64,000 nucleotides of DNA from Chlorokybus atmophyticus (taxonomy: Eukaryota; Plantae; Mesostigma and Chlorokybus algae): contig RHPI01003020.1 of NCBI GenBank assembly GCA_009103225.1, positions 175,446-239,445 on the forward strand. Direction: 5' to 3'. The notes under the pieces were generated by a model, which was not told the origin of the DNA, did not search any database, and worked only from the letters and a program-made list of their open reading frames with translations. A program made the translations under genes and the position numbers. This document shows, piece after piece, positions 24,160 through 41,775 of the stretch (the first letter of the stretch is position 1; the number at the start of each line of letters is the position of its first letter).

Positions 24160-24420
24160 CTCATATGCTGCATGCAAGGGGTGTCATGCATCACCACACA
24201 TACAGTGATATTCACCAACCAGACATAGCAAGCAAAGTCTCATATAATTCACCGCCGGGCTATACTATGTACACTACTACCACACTACTCGCCTTCCCCA
24301 TTAGTCATACAAGAATGCACGTGTCCCAGTCACCTGGACAATGGCGCAAAGTTAGCGGCCAGCCCTTGAACTCCAGCAATCAGCAGGACTCCCTTCCCCT
24401 CCACACCGCCACCTCCGCCC
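24160..24420 (-). repeat. Copy of the TAGCCCGG(T/C)GGT dispersed repeat
   Basis: The reverse complement tagcccggcggtgaattatatgagactttgcttgc aligns with the 55.1-kb copy tagcccggtggtgaaatacaaatgactgtgcttgc. Confidence 0.65.
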
Positions 24421-26801
24421 ACGCTGCACTCGCCTGCAATGCACTGCAATTGCTGCCGCCAGGCAGCATTGCTTACACGTTAGGGTTAGGGTTAGCTGAC
24501 ATGCACCACGTCAGCATGAACTCGCCTGTCATCGCTGTGTGTGCCACTTCCCTGACATTGGCAATGGGAGTTACTCCCCATGTGCTTTCCACAACTCGTA
24601 CGTGGTCTTTATCCTGCTCCCGCAGCTGGAGACCGTGCCTGTGCGGCGTGGTGCGCAGTTGAAGTTAAAAGACTACTTATGCATGCGTGGTCAGTATACA
24701 TAAGTCCGGAATGCACCAATGCAGCATGCACCAAGTGTCTTGCACACATTCATGTTGCAACCAAGCGTGACATGCACACAAATACACGGTACCATACCCC
24801 TCATATACACACACACACTCTCACCTCACTCACATAGATGTTCTTTCGCACATGCGCATGCTATATATATGTACTACTGAGCAGCGACTACCATTGTTGT
24901 ATGTACACATGGTTAGAAGGTGCAACTCCACCTCATAGGTAAGTGAGATTTACGTTCTTTTGTGCACTTCATGGTTGAGTTGAGCCATAGCTACCTGCTG
25001 CCAACCGCCTGCCCCATTGCCATTGCATTGCATAGCACATATCAGCATTTGGGGGTAGCGCGTAGGTGGCCTCGTGTGTAATAGTTTCTGCCTCTACTTG
25101 TTGTGCCTGCTCTGCTTGCCCTGCAATGCATTTCTGTCTATGCACGCATGTTTGCATGACATACCACGATCTGTACCTTATACTTACAAATATGGTAGGT
25201 GAGGTGAGCACTGTGTCAGAAGCAGCGGGACTGCCCACGCAGACATTCGTTCGTGTGTACATACTGCATGCTGCATTTGCTGGCTTTGCAAGTGAGGTGT
25301 GGCTTGTGAGAAGGGTGACAACGCGTGTGTGGGTGGGTGGGTATGTGGGTTGGTGGGGGGGTGGGGGGCACATGCTAGTTGAGCGCGCTTGTCTTGGGCA
25401 TATGCGGTTAGGCTGAGTGTGTGAAATTGCAAACCCTAGTGGCCTAGGCTAGCGCAGTTGTTCTCTCCCACACTGCCCTGCTGGGCTTCCTTGCATGACA
25501 AACCGCTGTCATTCCGAACAGCAAGCGGCTCTTATCACAGCCGTTGAGGGCCATGCATATCTTGCTGGCTATGGTGGCGATATAGCACGGCATAGCACGG
25601 CATTCAAGTATAGCACAGACCTAATGCACACCATTTACCCATATGCGCAAAAGCTGCAAGGGAAAATACGCTTATTTAAGTCAGCCTGCACTTGTATGCC
25701 ATGGACATCTCCACCATGCCATCATCGTCAGGCTTGCAACCAACATACCCAACCACCGGACCCACTTGCTAATGACGCGGCACTCGCATGGCGTGACGTG
25801 TGGGTGTGCGTCTAGAGTTGTGTGTGATGTGTGTGGTTAGGCATGGTGGCAGCACTGACAGCCAACACTTGCATGTCAAATGGTGATTAAGGAAGTTGTT
25901 CAACCACCCGGCTCAGGATCATCATGCTACGAACGCCAGCTCACTGCTAGCGCTAGCAGCAACCTACCTCCACCATCAGTCATGCACGCATGCCTGTTAT
26001 ACAGATCACTACCTGTACACACGCCAAGCCTGTCAGTTTTTCATCTCCCACAGGTTCACATGCGCACATGCAACCCAACAAGACAGAACAGGACGCCCTC
26101 TCGCCGCCTCTCTCCATCCTCCTCCATCTCCGCCCCACATATTCTGCCTCTTCCTCCCGTACGTGCCTTACTAATTCTGCATAACTCATACCTTTTACAG
26201 CATGCAGCAATCCTCGTGCACTGCCAGCGTCAGCAGTGCATGCTGCGGTGCGGGCTGGTCCTTGTTGCTAAGTGTGTCGGCTGTTCGTCACGCACGGGTA
26301 AGCTGCATCACAGTAGAGCCAGACCACACTATCATGTACCAATGCACATGATGACCATGCTATGAACAGCGCTGATGTGGACATCAGCATGTCCACTTTG
26401 GGCACTACGCACGTTATGGGCAAAGCCCTCGTACAGTTCTGCACAGTGTTGTACAACGCTCGCCTTAGATCATTGGGTAATGCACGCAGCGCTCTTTGAC
26501 TTGTGCACAAAATTGCATCTTGGCAGTACCAAAAAAAGAGATGCTGGTGGTGCTGCTGCTGCTGATGCGATGCATAAACTCTCACGAGAAGCTCCGTACT
26601 GTCGAACGTTGTCGGATCTTGTGCTGTGGCCCACACCATGTGGGGCCTACCAGTACACTGCACATCGCGCAAAATGGTACACAAAAGAATGACACCTAGC
26701 AAGTAGAGAAGATGAGCAGCATGTTGCCTTCTTTACAAGGGCATCAGTCACACGTTTGGGTCCTGCCAGTACAGTTTCTCCCAGAAGTCCTTCCAACACT
26801 G

Positions 26802-29190
<2,389 letters not shown>

Positions 29191-30168
29191 GGCTGCCGGC
29201 AGCAGCCAGACGTGCAGCAAGCTTGCGCCTTGTTAAACCCTCATGACCAAGCAGCAGCCGACGCAAGCCTCACTTGCAGCCGTGCGCACAACTTGACAGC
29301 TGTGCCATCCACTTCACGACAACAACCAGAAGCAAGAAACGCAGCGCCTGCAACGAACAGTTCATCAGCAATCACAACTGCCATGCTGCTGCAGCATGGC
29401 GTTTTTCATCAAACAAGTAGCCCAACAAGCAGCATGCTGACTTGAAACAAGGCTCACCACCATGCCAATGCTGTCAATTGCTTTACCACACCAACACCAC
29501 TTCCGGCCAATGTAATACACTTCAAGTGATGCCAGTGCTGTTAACCCAACAGAGAGCAGCTCAATCGACTACATGCGTGTGAATGGCAGCAGCACTCAGT
29601 TCAACTGCGTGTTCATCAACGAGCATACCTTGCCAAGAACAGCGCCCACCGCCCAAACCTAGCTTGAACCAACTGCGCTCACGCTCGCAATCAGTGTCAG
29701 TAAACGACCCCTGCCGCCCCCGACCGCCACACTCTGCGTTGGCACATAGCCGAAGTGACAACGACTAGGACGACTAAGACCACAACGCCAACCACGCCGT
29801 GCGAGAAACGCCGAACACGCCAGTGCGCGTCAGCTTGACAGCTGGCCTCTTCTCTGCTTGCTGCTGTTTCCGCCGTGGACACGGCACGCTACCGTGACAC
29901 GACCGTGCCCCTTGCAATCTGTAGCGTAATGCAGTGTGTCCGAGCTAGTCATGGCTTGGAACACGCTACGTGTCCCAGGAGAAACCCTAACTACAAACGG
30001 CAGTGGGACGGCAAGTGGCAATAAGTATGTAGGAATGCGGACACTGCCGTTGAAAATGCCTACTTTCAAAGTTGTAGTACTTTGGTTTGACGAGCGTTTA
30101 ACGAATGCGGCTCACGTGCTGTTAAGGGAGAAACCCTAATTAAAACAGTTTGAAGACCGCCAGTGGCA

Positions 30169-32002
30169 ATGCGTGGCGGCGGCGGTGGTGTGGGTGAGGG
30201 TGGCGGCGATGATCTCGTCGTCAGGGTGGCGGGGGTGGCCGGGAGGATCGTTTCGCAGTGTGCGCCGCTGGTTGCACATGCTTCCGTCGCCACCGCTGCT
30301 TTCGTGTCTACCCTGGGAGTCACACAGGTATGCATGGTTGCGTAACGTGAGCGGCGGAGCAAGCATTGATAAAAAGTCATTCATGCTTAGTGAGCTGAGT
30401 CTGTAGCAATGCCGGCAATAGGTCACCGCTGGAGCTCTTAGGGTATCATGCGCAACGCCCGTCCTGGGAACCGCCTTCGGCATTGCTGGCGTCGCCGCCG
30501 CCTCCGTTGCAGCTGGACAGGTGCGATGCGACAACTCTTTGCTTGCGCAGCTGGTTGCTGGTTAACTTACTGCCTGCTGGCCTATTTCAGGCTTCTCATG
30601 CATTCGGGGAGTGGCGAGAGAGCAAGCATTGGCCTCAACTGCGTGCTTATACATTCAAGCTGACCGTGGAGCGGATGGCTACGGATGCTATGCTCGGCGT
30701 CGCTATGTTTGCGGTGAGAATGCTGAAAGCGCCATGAACTGCATTGTACGGCAACCATAAAGAATGCCAAAACGTTGTGCACGTAAGCATGCTTTGTGCT
30801 CAAGCTGACGCTTGCTCTATTAGGTGCTGGGATGCAAGTACTCATCCATCCTGCCAAGTGATCTGCGGTTTCCTGGCGCACTAGCGCGTGTTTCAATTCC
30901 AGGTGAAGGATTGTCTTTGTAATGTGACTGGCTTTCACATTCTGAGTATTATAATATTGGAGTCTATATCGGAATACGCTTAGCAGATACCCGTCGGCTG
31001 ACAATGGCACCTTTCATTAGTGCAGGAGGCAGAAGGCGTCACCTATGCTGATAAACTGCGACGAGGAGTCCTGAGGGTGTTGTTTGAGCAGTATGGCTGC
31101 CATCTTTGCGGCATTCGCACAGGCCAAGTGTAAGTGCTCAATGCACCCAAGCAGCAATTTCCTTGTGGAGTTGCTGAGGCTGTGCATGCATTGACTGCGT
31201 GGTTTCAGTGTGGCAGACCACATGCCGCCCAACCTGTTTGTATATGGGTCCAAGTCCGAACCCAAGCTGGTTCGCTCTGTACGGAGAGGGAACAAGTGGT
31301 TCGTGCAATGGCGCAAACCTGCATTGCAAAGGTCAGCAGCATGGATAGATTGGCTGTGATATAGATGTGTATGTCCGTCACTGGTGTACCTCAACCAACT
31401 TCGCTGGCAGGTATTACCCAAGTTGCTTGAAGTGTTCTGGCATGCAGTCTGGTGCTGTCAAACTGAACATCCAGAAGCTCAGATTTCATACCTTTGGCCC
31501 CCAGGTGAGCAGTTTGCAAATCAAGCGTCGCTTATGACATTTACACAAATGCAATGGTTACTCGCAATCTTAGCTGAACATGTGTGTTTACTCTTAGCGG
31601 CGACTTGTCACCATTCCTGGAGTGCTGCTCGCTTTCCGTGACATTGGTAGCACGCGAAATGGCTCGGGCACATCAGAACATGACCGACCCGCCGACAAGC
31701 GCATCACCACACGTGTATCCGACATCACCAACACCATGCATCTACCGACTGTCCGTGCAGTGGACCGCCCGCTCTCTGGACAGTATCATGCTTTGCGCGA
31801 GCAGTATGACATTTTGCAGCAACTGCGGGCCTCAGAGGTGCAGCTAAGAGAGGAACTCAGGCGCTGCGATGCAGATGATGAGTTAGCGCGCGAGCTCAGT
31901 GCTGAGCTCGCAGTAGTTGTAGCTGAGAAAGGCAGAGTGAAGGCCAACATTAGCCAGTTAAGGAGACAGCACTCTGATGTTGGTCAGCCGACTGATCAGT
32001 AG
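30169..32002 (+). CDS. Uncharacterised protein: Gly/Ala-rich hydrophobic N-terminus, HNH-like Zn-nuclease motif, C-terminal coiled coil
   Basis: About eight GT-AG exons splice in frame to ..LRVSCATPVLGTAFGIAGVAAASVAAGQA..DAMLGVAMFAVLGCKYSSILPSDL..LFEQYGCHLCGIRTGQVVADHMPPN..QRYYPSCLKCSGMQSGAV.., with the stop at 32000-32002. Confidence 0.7.
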
Positions 32003-32309
32003 TGCTGGTCAGCGTAGATTTGGGCTGCCTGTTTGTGCTCTTTGCGCACACAACTGTCAGCTGTACAGATACAAACTATGGTGGACAAGTAATACTAACA
32101 TTTTATGTGATTTTGTCATGCAGGCAAGATGCTCTGGTGCTTGATCAGCAATGTATTGTGCTAGCTGCAAAGAACTGATGTGCTGCAATATTGCGACTGC
32201 CGTGGATGGCATGGTGGGTGCTGCCGCCGCCGCCTGGCCCCTCTCTCTCTATATATATATAACAAAAGGACAGCGCAGCCGCTTGGACAGGCCAGCAGCT
32301 GCTCATATC

Positions 32310-32499
32310 CCCTCTCTCCCTCTCTCCCTCTCCCCCTCTCTCTCCCTCTCCCTCCCTTGCGCTCGCGCTCGCTCTCGCGCTCGCGCTCGCGCTCGCTCTC
32401 GCTCTCGCTCTCGCTCTCGCGCTCGCTCTCGCGCTCGCTCTCGCTCTCGCGCTCGCTCTCGCGCTCGCTCTCGCTCGCTCTCTCTCTCTCTCGCTCGCG

Positions 32500-32547
<48 letters not shown>

Positions 32548-33320
32548 CTCTCTCTCGCTCGCGCTCTCTCTCTCTCGCTCGCGCGCTCTCTCTCTCTCGC
32601 TCGCGCGCTCTCTCTTGCTCGCGCTCGCGCGCTCTCCCTCTCTCTCTCTCTCTCCCTCTCCCTCTCCCTCTCCCTCTCCCTCTCCCTCTCCCTCGCTCTC
32701 TCGCTCTCTCGCTCTCTCGCTCTCTCGCTCTCTCGCTCTCTCTCGCTCTCTCTCCCTCTCTCTCCCTCTCCCTCTCCCTCTCCCTCTCTCCCTCTCTCTC
32801 GCTCGCTCTCTCGCTCTCGCTCTCGCTCTCGCTCTCGCTCTCGCTCTCGCTCTCGCTCTCGCTCTCGCTCTCGCTCTCGCTCTCGCTCTCGCTCTCGCTC
32901 TCGCTCTCGCTCTCGCTCTCGCTCTCGCTCTCGCTCTCGCTCTCGCTCTCGCTCTCGCTCTCGCTCTCGCTCTCGCTCTCGCTCTCGCTCTCGCTCTCGC
33001 TCTCGCTCTCCCTCTCCCTCTCCCTCTCGCTCTCGCTCTCGCTCTCGCTCTCGCTCTCGCTCTCGCTCTCGCTCTCGCTCTCGCTCTCGCTCTCGCTCTC
33101 GCTCTCGCTCTCGCTCTCGCTCTCGCTCTCGCGCTCGCTCGCGCTCTCGCGCTCTCTCGCTCGCTCGCGCTCCCTCGCTCGCTCGCTCTCTCGCTCTCTT
33201 GCTCGCTCTCTCGCGCTCTCGCGCTCTCTCGCTCTCTCGCTCTCTCTCGCTCTCTCGCTCACCCTCGCTCACCCTCGCTTGCTCGCTCGCTTGCTCGCTT
33301 GCTGTCTCGCACTCGCTCGC
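32310..33320. repeat. Compound CT/CTCTCG/CTCTCC microsatellite, about 1 kb
   Basis: Long (CTCTCG)n runs mixed with (CT)n, (CG)n and (CTCTCC)n; almost no A on the + strand. Confidence 0.97.
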
Positions 33321-34212
33321 TGTCCCCCTGTCCCCCTCTGCCCCGCTCCCCCGAGGTGGCTGATGTATAAAACGTGCTGAGCCACTACATTGCTGTAGCT
33401 GTTGCAGTGTAGTTGGCTGTGTGGTGGTGTATGATATTTGAAATGCAGCAATTGCGGCATGCGAACCACTAGCATAGCATGCGTGTGTAAGATACTGCAA
33501 CAGTACACATGTGTGCGTGCGCGCGAATGCATGTTGGCGCGTAGATGAGTGTGCCAATGTCTGAGTGATTGCCTGCTAATGGATACCACTGTTGCCACAT
33601 GTAGCGTTCAACAGGGGGGGGGGGTGTTTGTTTGTAACAGCGACTACGCGTTTGGAGACAAGTCTATCCCCCTCGCCGCCTTTGGCACTCCAAGTGCCTT
33701 CCTTGCACAAGCTGATGAGCAACGTATGCGCACCATGTGGCCCAACAACGGGTAATGCCTGCTAGCCGCTTCTTGAAACAGCTTCGGGCTTCTTGTACAT
33801 GCAACGGACTGCTCGTGGGCTCCAGCGTGCTTGGGATGTGGAGCTGTGAACGCGGGCCAACCATGGCCGTGTGCAAATTGCTGGCCAGCACCGCGATTGA
33901 CCCCTATACCTTGTCAGACGTTGCATGGTCTTGGTGTGAGGCCTGCGTGCTATCGCACATAGCTTGGTGATGCTAAATGGGATAGTGGTTGCTGGACGTG
34001 TTGGTATTGCTGCCGTAGCTGGCGTGTGCCGGGTTGTGGTTTGTGCAGCGTTTCAATACTGCAGCAATTGTTGTGCTCCTCAAGGCTGTCACTCACCAAG
34101 GGCCAGCAAGCACATGACACTTGCATAGGCATGATCAAGGTGGTCAAGTGTCGAGCTGTCAACTAGTTGTTGACAAGTTGGTTCGATTCGCCAACCACAA
34201 CCGCGCAAGACT

Positions 34213-36127
<1,915 letters not shown>

Positions 36128-36972
36128 GTTAGTTTAACAAAACTGCCACACTCAAACAACCACTCACATGACAGACTTATAGTTATACAAGTTGCCGCAC
36201 AAGCTGCATTCAGTTGTTTGTGCGGCACGCGCACAAGCAAAACGCGCGAGACCCGTTAGTACGAATGCCTTTGAAAAATTTGTTTTTTGAAGGCATCTGT
36301 TAGGCGGCGGCGATAGTGGTGGCGGCGGCGGTGTCCGCCGGGGTGGTGGTCGGAGGCATGGGGAAGGGCAGGAGCGCTTCTCTGGAGGGAGCGGGAGCTG
36401 TCACGCCGGGTAGGGAGGGGGAGGGGGCAGGGCAGGACGAGGGGCATCGCCACCAACAGCGCCATGGTGGAGCACCCTCGTCGGTGCCGCACAAACCACC
36501 TACCTACAAAGGTGCCTTGCATGGAAGACTAGCTTGTTAATGCACACAGTATACTGACCTAACTGTGTCTATTTTGAATGCTTGAGCCGCTAACTCCCAC
36601 AAAACACCTGCGTTTGCATTGCCTCTCTTATTCAGTTTAGCTCCCTTGTTCTTTACCAAACCCTAGTCGTGCCCTGAGTGTCTTAGAAATGGCAGTGTAT
36701 GGTTTCTATGTCTCCTGTATTTATATTAAGACCCTTTATCTTGCGCTTATTGCGCAGGTGGGTACAACTTTCGGCATAAGCCAGTTGCATTCACACTCCT
36801 GGACCCGCCTTATCAACTACAACAACAGCCGCCTGACATGGACTTGCGCTCACCTACTCCACTGAGACGTGAGCATTGGGTTACTCTGTCGTCAGCTTGA
36901 CTACACATTGATAGCTCGCCATTGCAGTGCAATATATTGACGCTATGCGCATGCATTGTCTCAGCGCGTAAG

Positions 36973-39900
36973 ATGAAGTCGAGAAAGCTTTCAGCTGGTA
37001 TTGCAATTGACGAAGATGCGCCCACCGCTTTTCACAACACTCCACACATCCACGACATCCCTAACAACAACCAAAACAATGACAACATGAGTCACTACCC
37101 ACCAGAACAACCAGATGATATTGTCCCGTATCACAGCAGTCCTTCCGATGACTTGCTCAGCGCTTCAGAGCTGCGCAGCAAATATATGCACGATGATGAG
37201 GAGGCGATGACGGATCTGCTCGGCCTGTCAGACTTCAGGTTGAACATAGGCGGAGGAGGAGGAGGAGGAGGTGTCCAACATGTTAAAGCTGCTGCTCCTG
37301 CGGCATGTGACACTGCTGCCGCTCTGCTGAAAGCCAACAGAGCTCTTGAGGCTGCTGAGAGACGCAATGCTGAGCTCGAGGAGATTGTTGCCAGGCAGCG
37401 AGCGATGTGTGCAGCAGAAGCTGAAGAGGTGAAGAGTGTGCAAGAGAGTGAGAGTAGTGGATGGCGTGTGTGTGTGTGTGTGTGCGCAGTGTGGTGATGG
37501 CGTGTGTGGTTTGCAGGTTATGCGGCTGCGGGAGCAAAGGAATGATGCGATAGCGCGCATGAGCGGGATGGAGAAAGACATCACACAGGTTGCATCTGAC
37601 TGCATTGCTGCTCAATCCAAACTGCAGGTGAAATGATATCAGTGGACAGACAGTGAGTCATGCCACTATGAAGATATCGTAACTCATATCGCTTATGTTG
37701 GTCAATGCAGACTGTGGAAGCGCGTGCACGTGACCAGCATGCAGAGATCATAAAGATAAACAGAGAGCTGGAAGAGTGCACCACGCATGCCACTTTACTC
37801 GGTACAAAACTTTTCATAGTTGTTGCATGCTGGCCAGCCAGCTGTCTAAGCATGTCTGTTTGGGTCCGCTTGACAGAGGAAGAGAATGCCAATATGAAGC
37901 AGCGTGAAGCCAACTGGCAACAGCAGGCGCGGACGCAACTGCATGCCATCAACATGCTGCAGCTTGAAGTGCAGGTGAGTTGGGTTGTATGGTAATGTTA
38001 GTGTTCAAATGTGCGCCCATTGGCTTACTCTGATAAGTTGTCTTCAAGGCTGCGAAAGAGGCGCTGAGATTATTGCGCGAAGACGCCAACCAAGCCGCCA
38101 GCGAGATGGAGCAAGCGCATGAGAGGGATGAGGCAGCTGTGTCAAGCGCAGTGCAGGCCCTGGGTGTGTATTGCATCTTTGTCAATCGAATTGTCCATGT
38201 TCCTAATGAGGCAATGTGTTGGCACTTTGTTGTGAACAAGTTGTTGACTGCAGCCTCCGAACACGCTCTCATGGCACAAAGATACCGCAGCGAGGCGGAA
38301 CAGAGGCGGGCACTGTACAACCAAGTCATAGAAATGAAAGGTGTGCATCACATGCACACACTCAATCACACATAGACTTGCACACGCGCACGCGCACACG
38401 CGTGTGTGCATGTGCTCCTCATACAACCATGTGCTATGTATGACAACGGTAATAGCATGTTTACCATGCAGGCAACATACGTGTCTTCTGTCGTTGCCGG
38501 CCGATGCTCCCCTCCGAGCTAGCACGTGGTCTGAGCGACGCCACCGAGTTCGACCCCCTGAGGCCCAACGACATCACCGTGCGCATGGCCTCAGGCCTGC
38601 GCAAGACATTCCGCTTTGACCGCGTCTTTGCGCCGAATGTCGACCAGAGCGGCGTGTTTGAGGACACCAAGCCTGTCGTCGTGTCTGTCCTGGACGGGTA
38701 CAACGTGTGTATCTTTGCGTTTGGGCAGACGGGCACGGGCAAGACATTCACTATGGTGAGCTTGAGAGGTTTAAGCAATTGTGTTGCGCTGTGTTGTGTG
38801 CCATATGCTGCACATACGTACTGAAGGGGCTTTGAGCCATGCATGAGCATCGATGGGTAACTGCTGCTGGCATTGCCGACTTCAGCGTGGACACAATGCA
38901 CACGTGTACACACGTGCGCACATGCATACACGCATGTAGGAGCGCACACATGCTGATTTCTTCTTCAGGAGGGTCCTCCTGGGCAGCGTGGAGTGAACCA
39001 CCGGACTCTGGAGGAGATGTTCCGCATAGTTCGCGAGGAGCGCGCAAGCGGTGAGGTGGACTTCACCATCAGCGTCAGCCTCCTTGAGGTCTACAACGAG
39101 ATGCTGCGGGACCTCTCGGCCTCCTCCAGCACAGACAAGTGAGCGTGCTTGTGATGTCAAGATTGTTATGTTGGATTGTTAAGCATGCATTCCAGGCTGG
39201 AGATTAAGCAAGGCCCTGAAGGCGTCTTCGTGAAAGGTTTGACTGAGACCACAGTGGAGACCATGGCTGAGGTGCGTGTGTGTGCAGCATCCTTGCTCTG
39301 CCTTTCTATGAGGAAGAGGTCTTAACTGAAAGAGCATGTGTTGCTGTAGGTGTGGGAAGTTCTTGTTGCTGGAAGCAAGGTGAGGGCCGCAGCCGCCACC
39401 AATGCGAACGAGCATTCCAGCCGCTCACACAGGTAAGGTAGTCTTGTGCTCGGCTGCTTGCAGTAAGGGGATGTGTCGTGCGTGCTCACAGCATTGCATG
39501 TGTGCAGCTTGTTGTGCGTGAAGGTGGTGGGCCGCAACCGCCTCACGGGTGTAACCACACGCGGGAAGCTCTGGCTCGTGGACCTCGCCGGCAGCGAACG
39601 CGTTGCTCGCAGCGAAGCCACTGGCGAAAGGTTACGGGAGGCGCAGCATATCAACAAGAGCCTCTCAGCTCTGGGCGACGTCATCGCAGCGCTCACGCAA
39701 GGAGGAGCTGCCGGAAAGGGAGCCAACAACGGCCAGCATGTGCCCTATAGAAACTCCAAACTCACGCACCTGCTTCAAGACTCACTTGGTACAAGCGTGC
39801 CAGCCTTTCTGAGGCCATACTATTGTAACAGACTTTGTGTCTGAGATTTACATGTGTGCTTTTGAATACAACTCACCTGTTTGGCGGACTGGCAGGTGGG

Positions 39901-41516
39901 GAGGCCAAGGCGTTGATGTTTGTCCAGATATCCCCAAGCGAGGCGGACTGCAGCGAGACGCTCTGCAGCCTCAACTTTGCCTCGCGCGTGAGGGGCGTCG
40001 AGCTTGGACCTGCACGGCGCACTGTCGAAGCTGGCAACGAAGTACACAAACTCCGCCAGCAGGTTAGATCTTGCTTCACTGCACACGGGAAAGCGTGTGC
40101 TTGGTACATGCATGTGTGCGTCCGTAAGTGCCTGTGTGAGTGTGCATGTGTGCGCGTGCCCGCGTGAACATGCGCGTGTATGAGCATGTGTTTCATGCAC
40201 GCCACCAAGTGTGAGCCACCAGTTGTGTATTTAGCTGAGAAGCTTTTGCATGGCAGGTGGTGGTGCTTAAGCAGGAGGCCAAAGAGAAGGAGGATGCAAT
40301 GAAGAGGCTTGAGGAAACCGTAGGTGCAGCAGAGGCTCGTGCACGTGCGCGTGAAGAAATGGTCCAGGCACTGTCTGAGCGCGTGCGCTCGAAGGAGAGC
40401 GCCCTTGCTGATATGGAAGCCCAGATACAGGTTGGTGCTGACTTATGTCGGAGTTGCTGTCAACGCATGTTGCTCTAGCATGCATGCATCTGATACACAT
40501 GCGTGTTGTTGCAGGCCGAGCGTAAAGCTGCACAGGCAGAAAGGCAAGCCATGCGCGAGTTGCAGCACCAACAGCAGTTACAACAACAGCAACAGCAACT
40601 TTTCCAGCAACAACACCAACACCAGCAGCAACAAGCGCAGCCTTCATTGCAGCAACAACACGCCACCTTTGAGACCGCCAAAGAGAACGCAGATCCCAAC
40701 ATGAGCAGCAGCACGAGTCTGACTGCTGGGAACGCGCACGCGCTGGCGTTGCGCGGGAGTCCTTTTGTAGGAGCTAACAACAGCAAGACTGCAAGCCTTT
40801 TCGCAAGACTCGCCAACACGCCAAGCAAGTCGCGGCGACTATCGGTTGCACCTGTCGCCCTTGCGCTCGTCAACCGACTCAATGCTCCGACAGGTACATA
40901 TTCATGTACTATTGCACGCCCGTGCGCGGGTGCACACACGTACACACATACACACACACATGCAACGATTTGCTGGCATGTGCGGTTGCCTACCCAGTAC
41001 ACATATATACAGGCAACTTACACTTGCTTCTACTACTCTGCAGGTGGGCCAAGACTGCCAGTGGTGACTATGCCATGGATGTCCACATCAGCAAAGGACG
41101 TGGAGAAGCGCAGCCACGATGCTTCGAGCGAGCCGCGTGTGCCGATGAGCGAGAAGACCAACATCAGCGACGGGACCACCACCGCAACAGACTCGATATC
41201 CGTATCCACCAGCGGGGCGAGCTCGCTGGCGATGTCGGTCAAGACGGTCCCCTTTGATGCCAAAGCCATGCGCGCGGAGTACATGCAGCGCTTCGAGGAC
41301 TTCAAGCGGCGGAAAGGGGGGGAGGTGTCATCATCTCGTGGTGGTGACGTCCCGCCTCGCCACCCTCATCACCGCATTGCGCACACCACCATGAGCAACA
41401 CCACCAACAACAACACCATGGTCATGGGCAACGGGCCCCTGCGCGTGCGCAACAGAGAACGGTACGCAGCACCGCCCGTACCTGCCACGCCATCATCGGG
41501 CCGATGGAACCAATGA
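36973..41516 (+). CDS. Kinesin-14 family motor with N- and C-terminal coiled coils and a polyQ tract
   Basis: Neck [89 protein letters not shown] and [18 protein letters not shown]. The start is approximate. Confidence 0.92.
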
Positions 41517-41775
41517 GGACTGCATGATGAGACTGTATATTTATTACACCTGTAGAACAATCGTCTCACTGCTAGACAGGCGGTTGCAATAAGTTAACGC
41601 CCGCATTATTTCTTCAATGTGCATGAGAACAAGTGCTGTCAAGTGGTAGTAACAGCTCAGCCCACAGTCACAGGCAAGCAAAGCATCCACTACAAACAAC
41701 TGCATGCGTACGTGCACGCACATGTACACGCATGCTCGCACACACACAAGCGTAGATACACACAAGCACACACAT

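Noticed and set aside
24480-24495. Interstitial telomere TTAGGGTTAGGGTTAG
   Set aside because: Only about 2.7 units; too short to call a telomeric remnant.
32145-33598. Long ORFs (470, 409, 396 and 319 aa) of ER/SL/AL/ES repeats
   Set aside because: They are stop-free translations of the CTCTCG microsatellite in several frames at once, not genes.
33640-33755. Possible extra coding exon (DYAFGDKSIPLAAFGTPSAF..)
   Set aside because: It has an acceptor-like site, but I could not link it in frame to any upstream exon or recognise a family.
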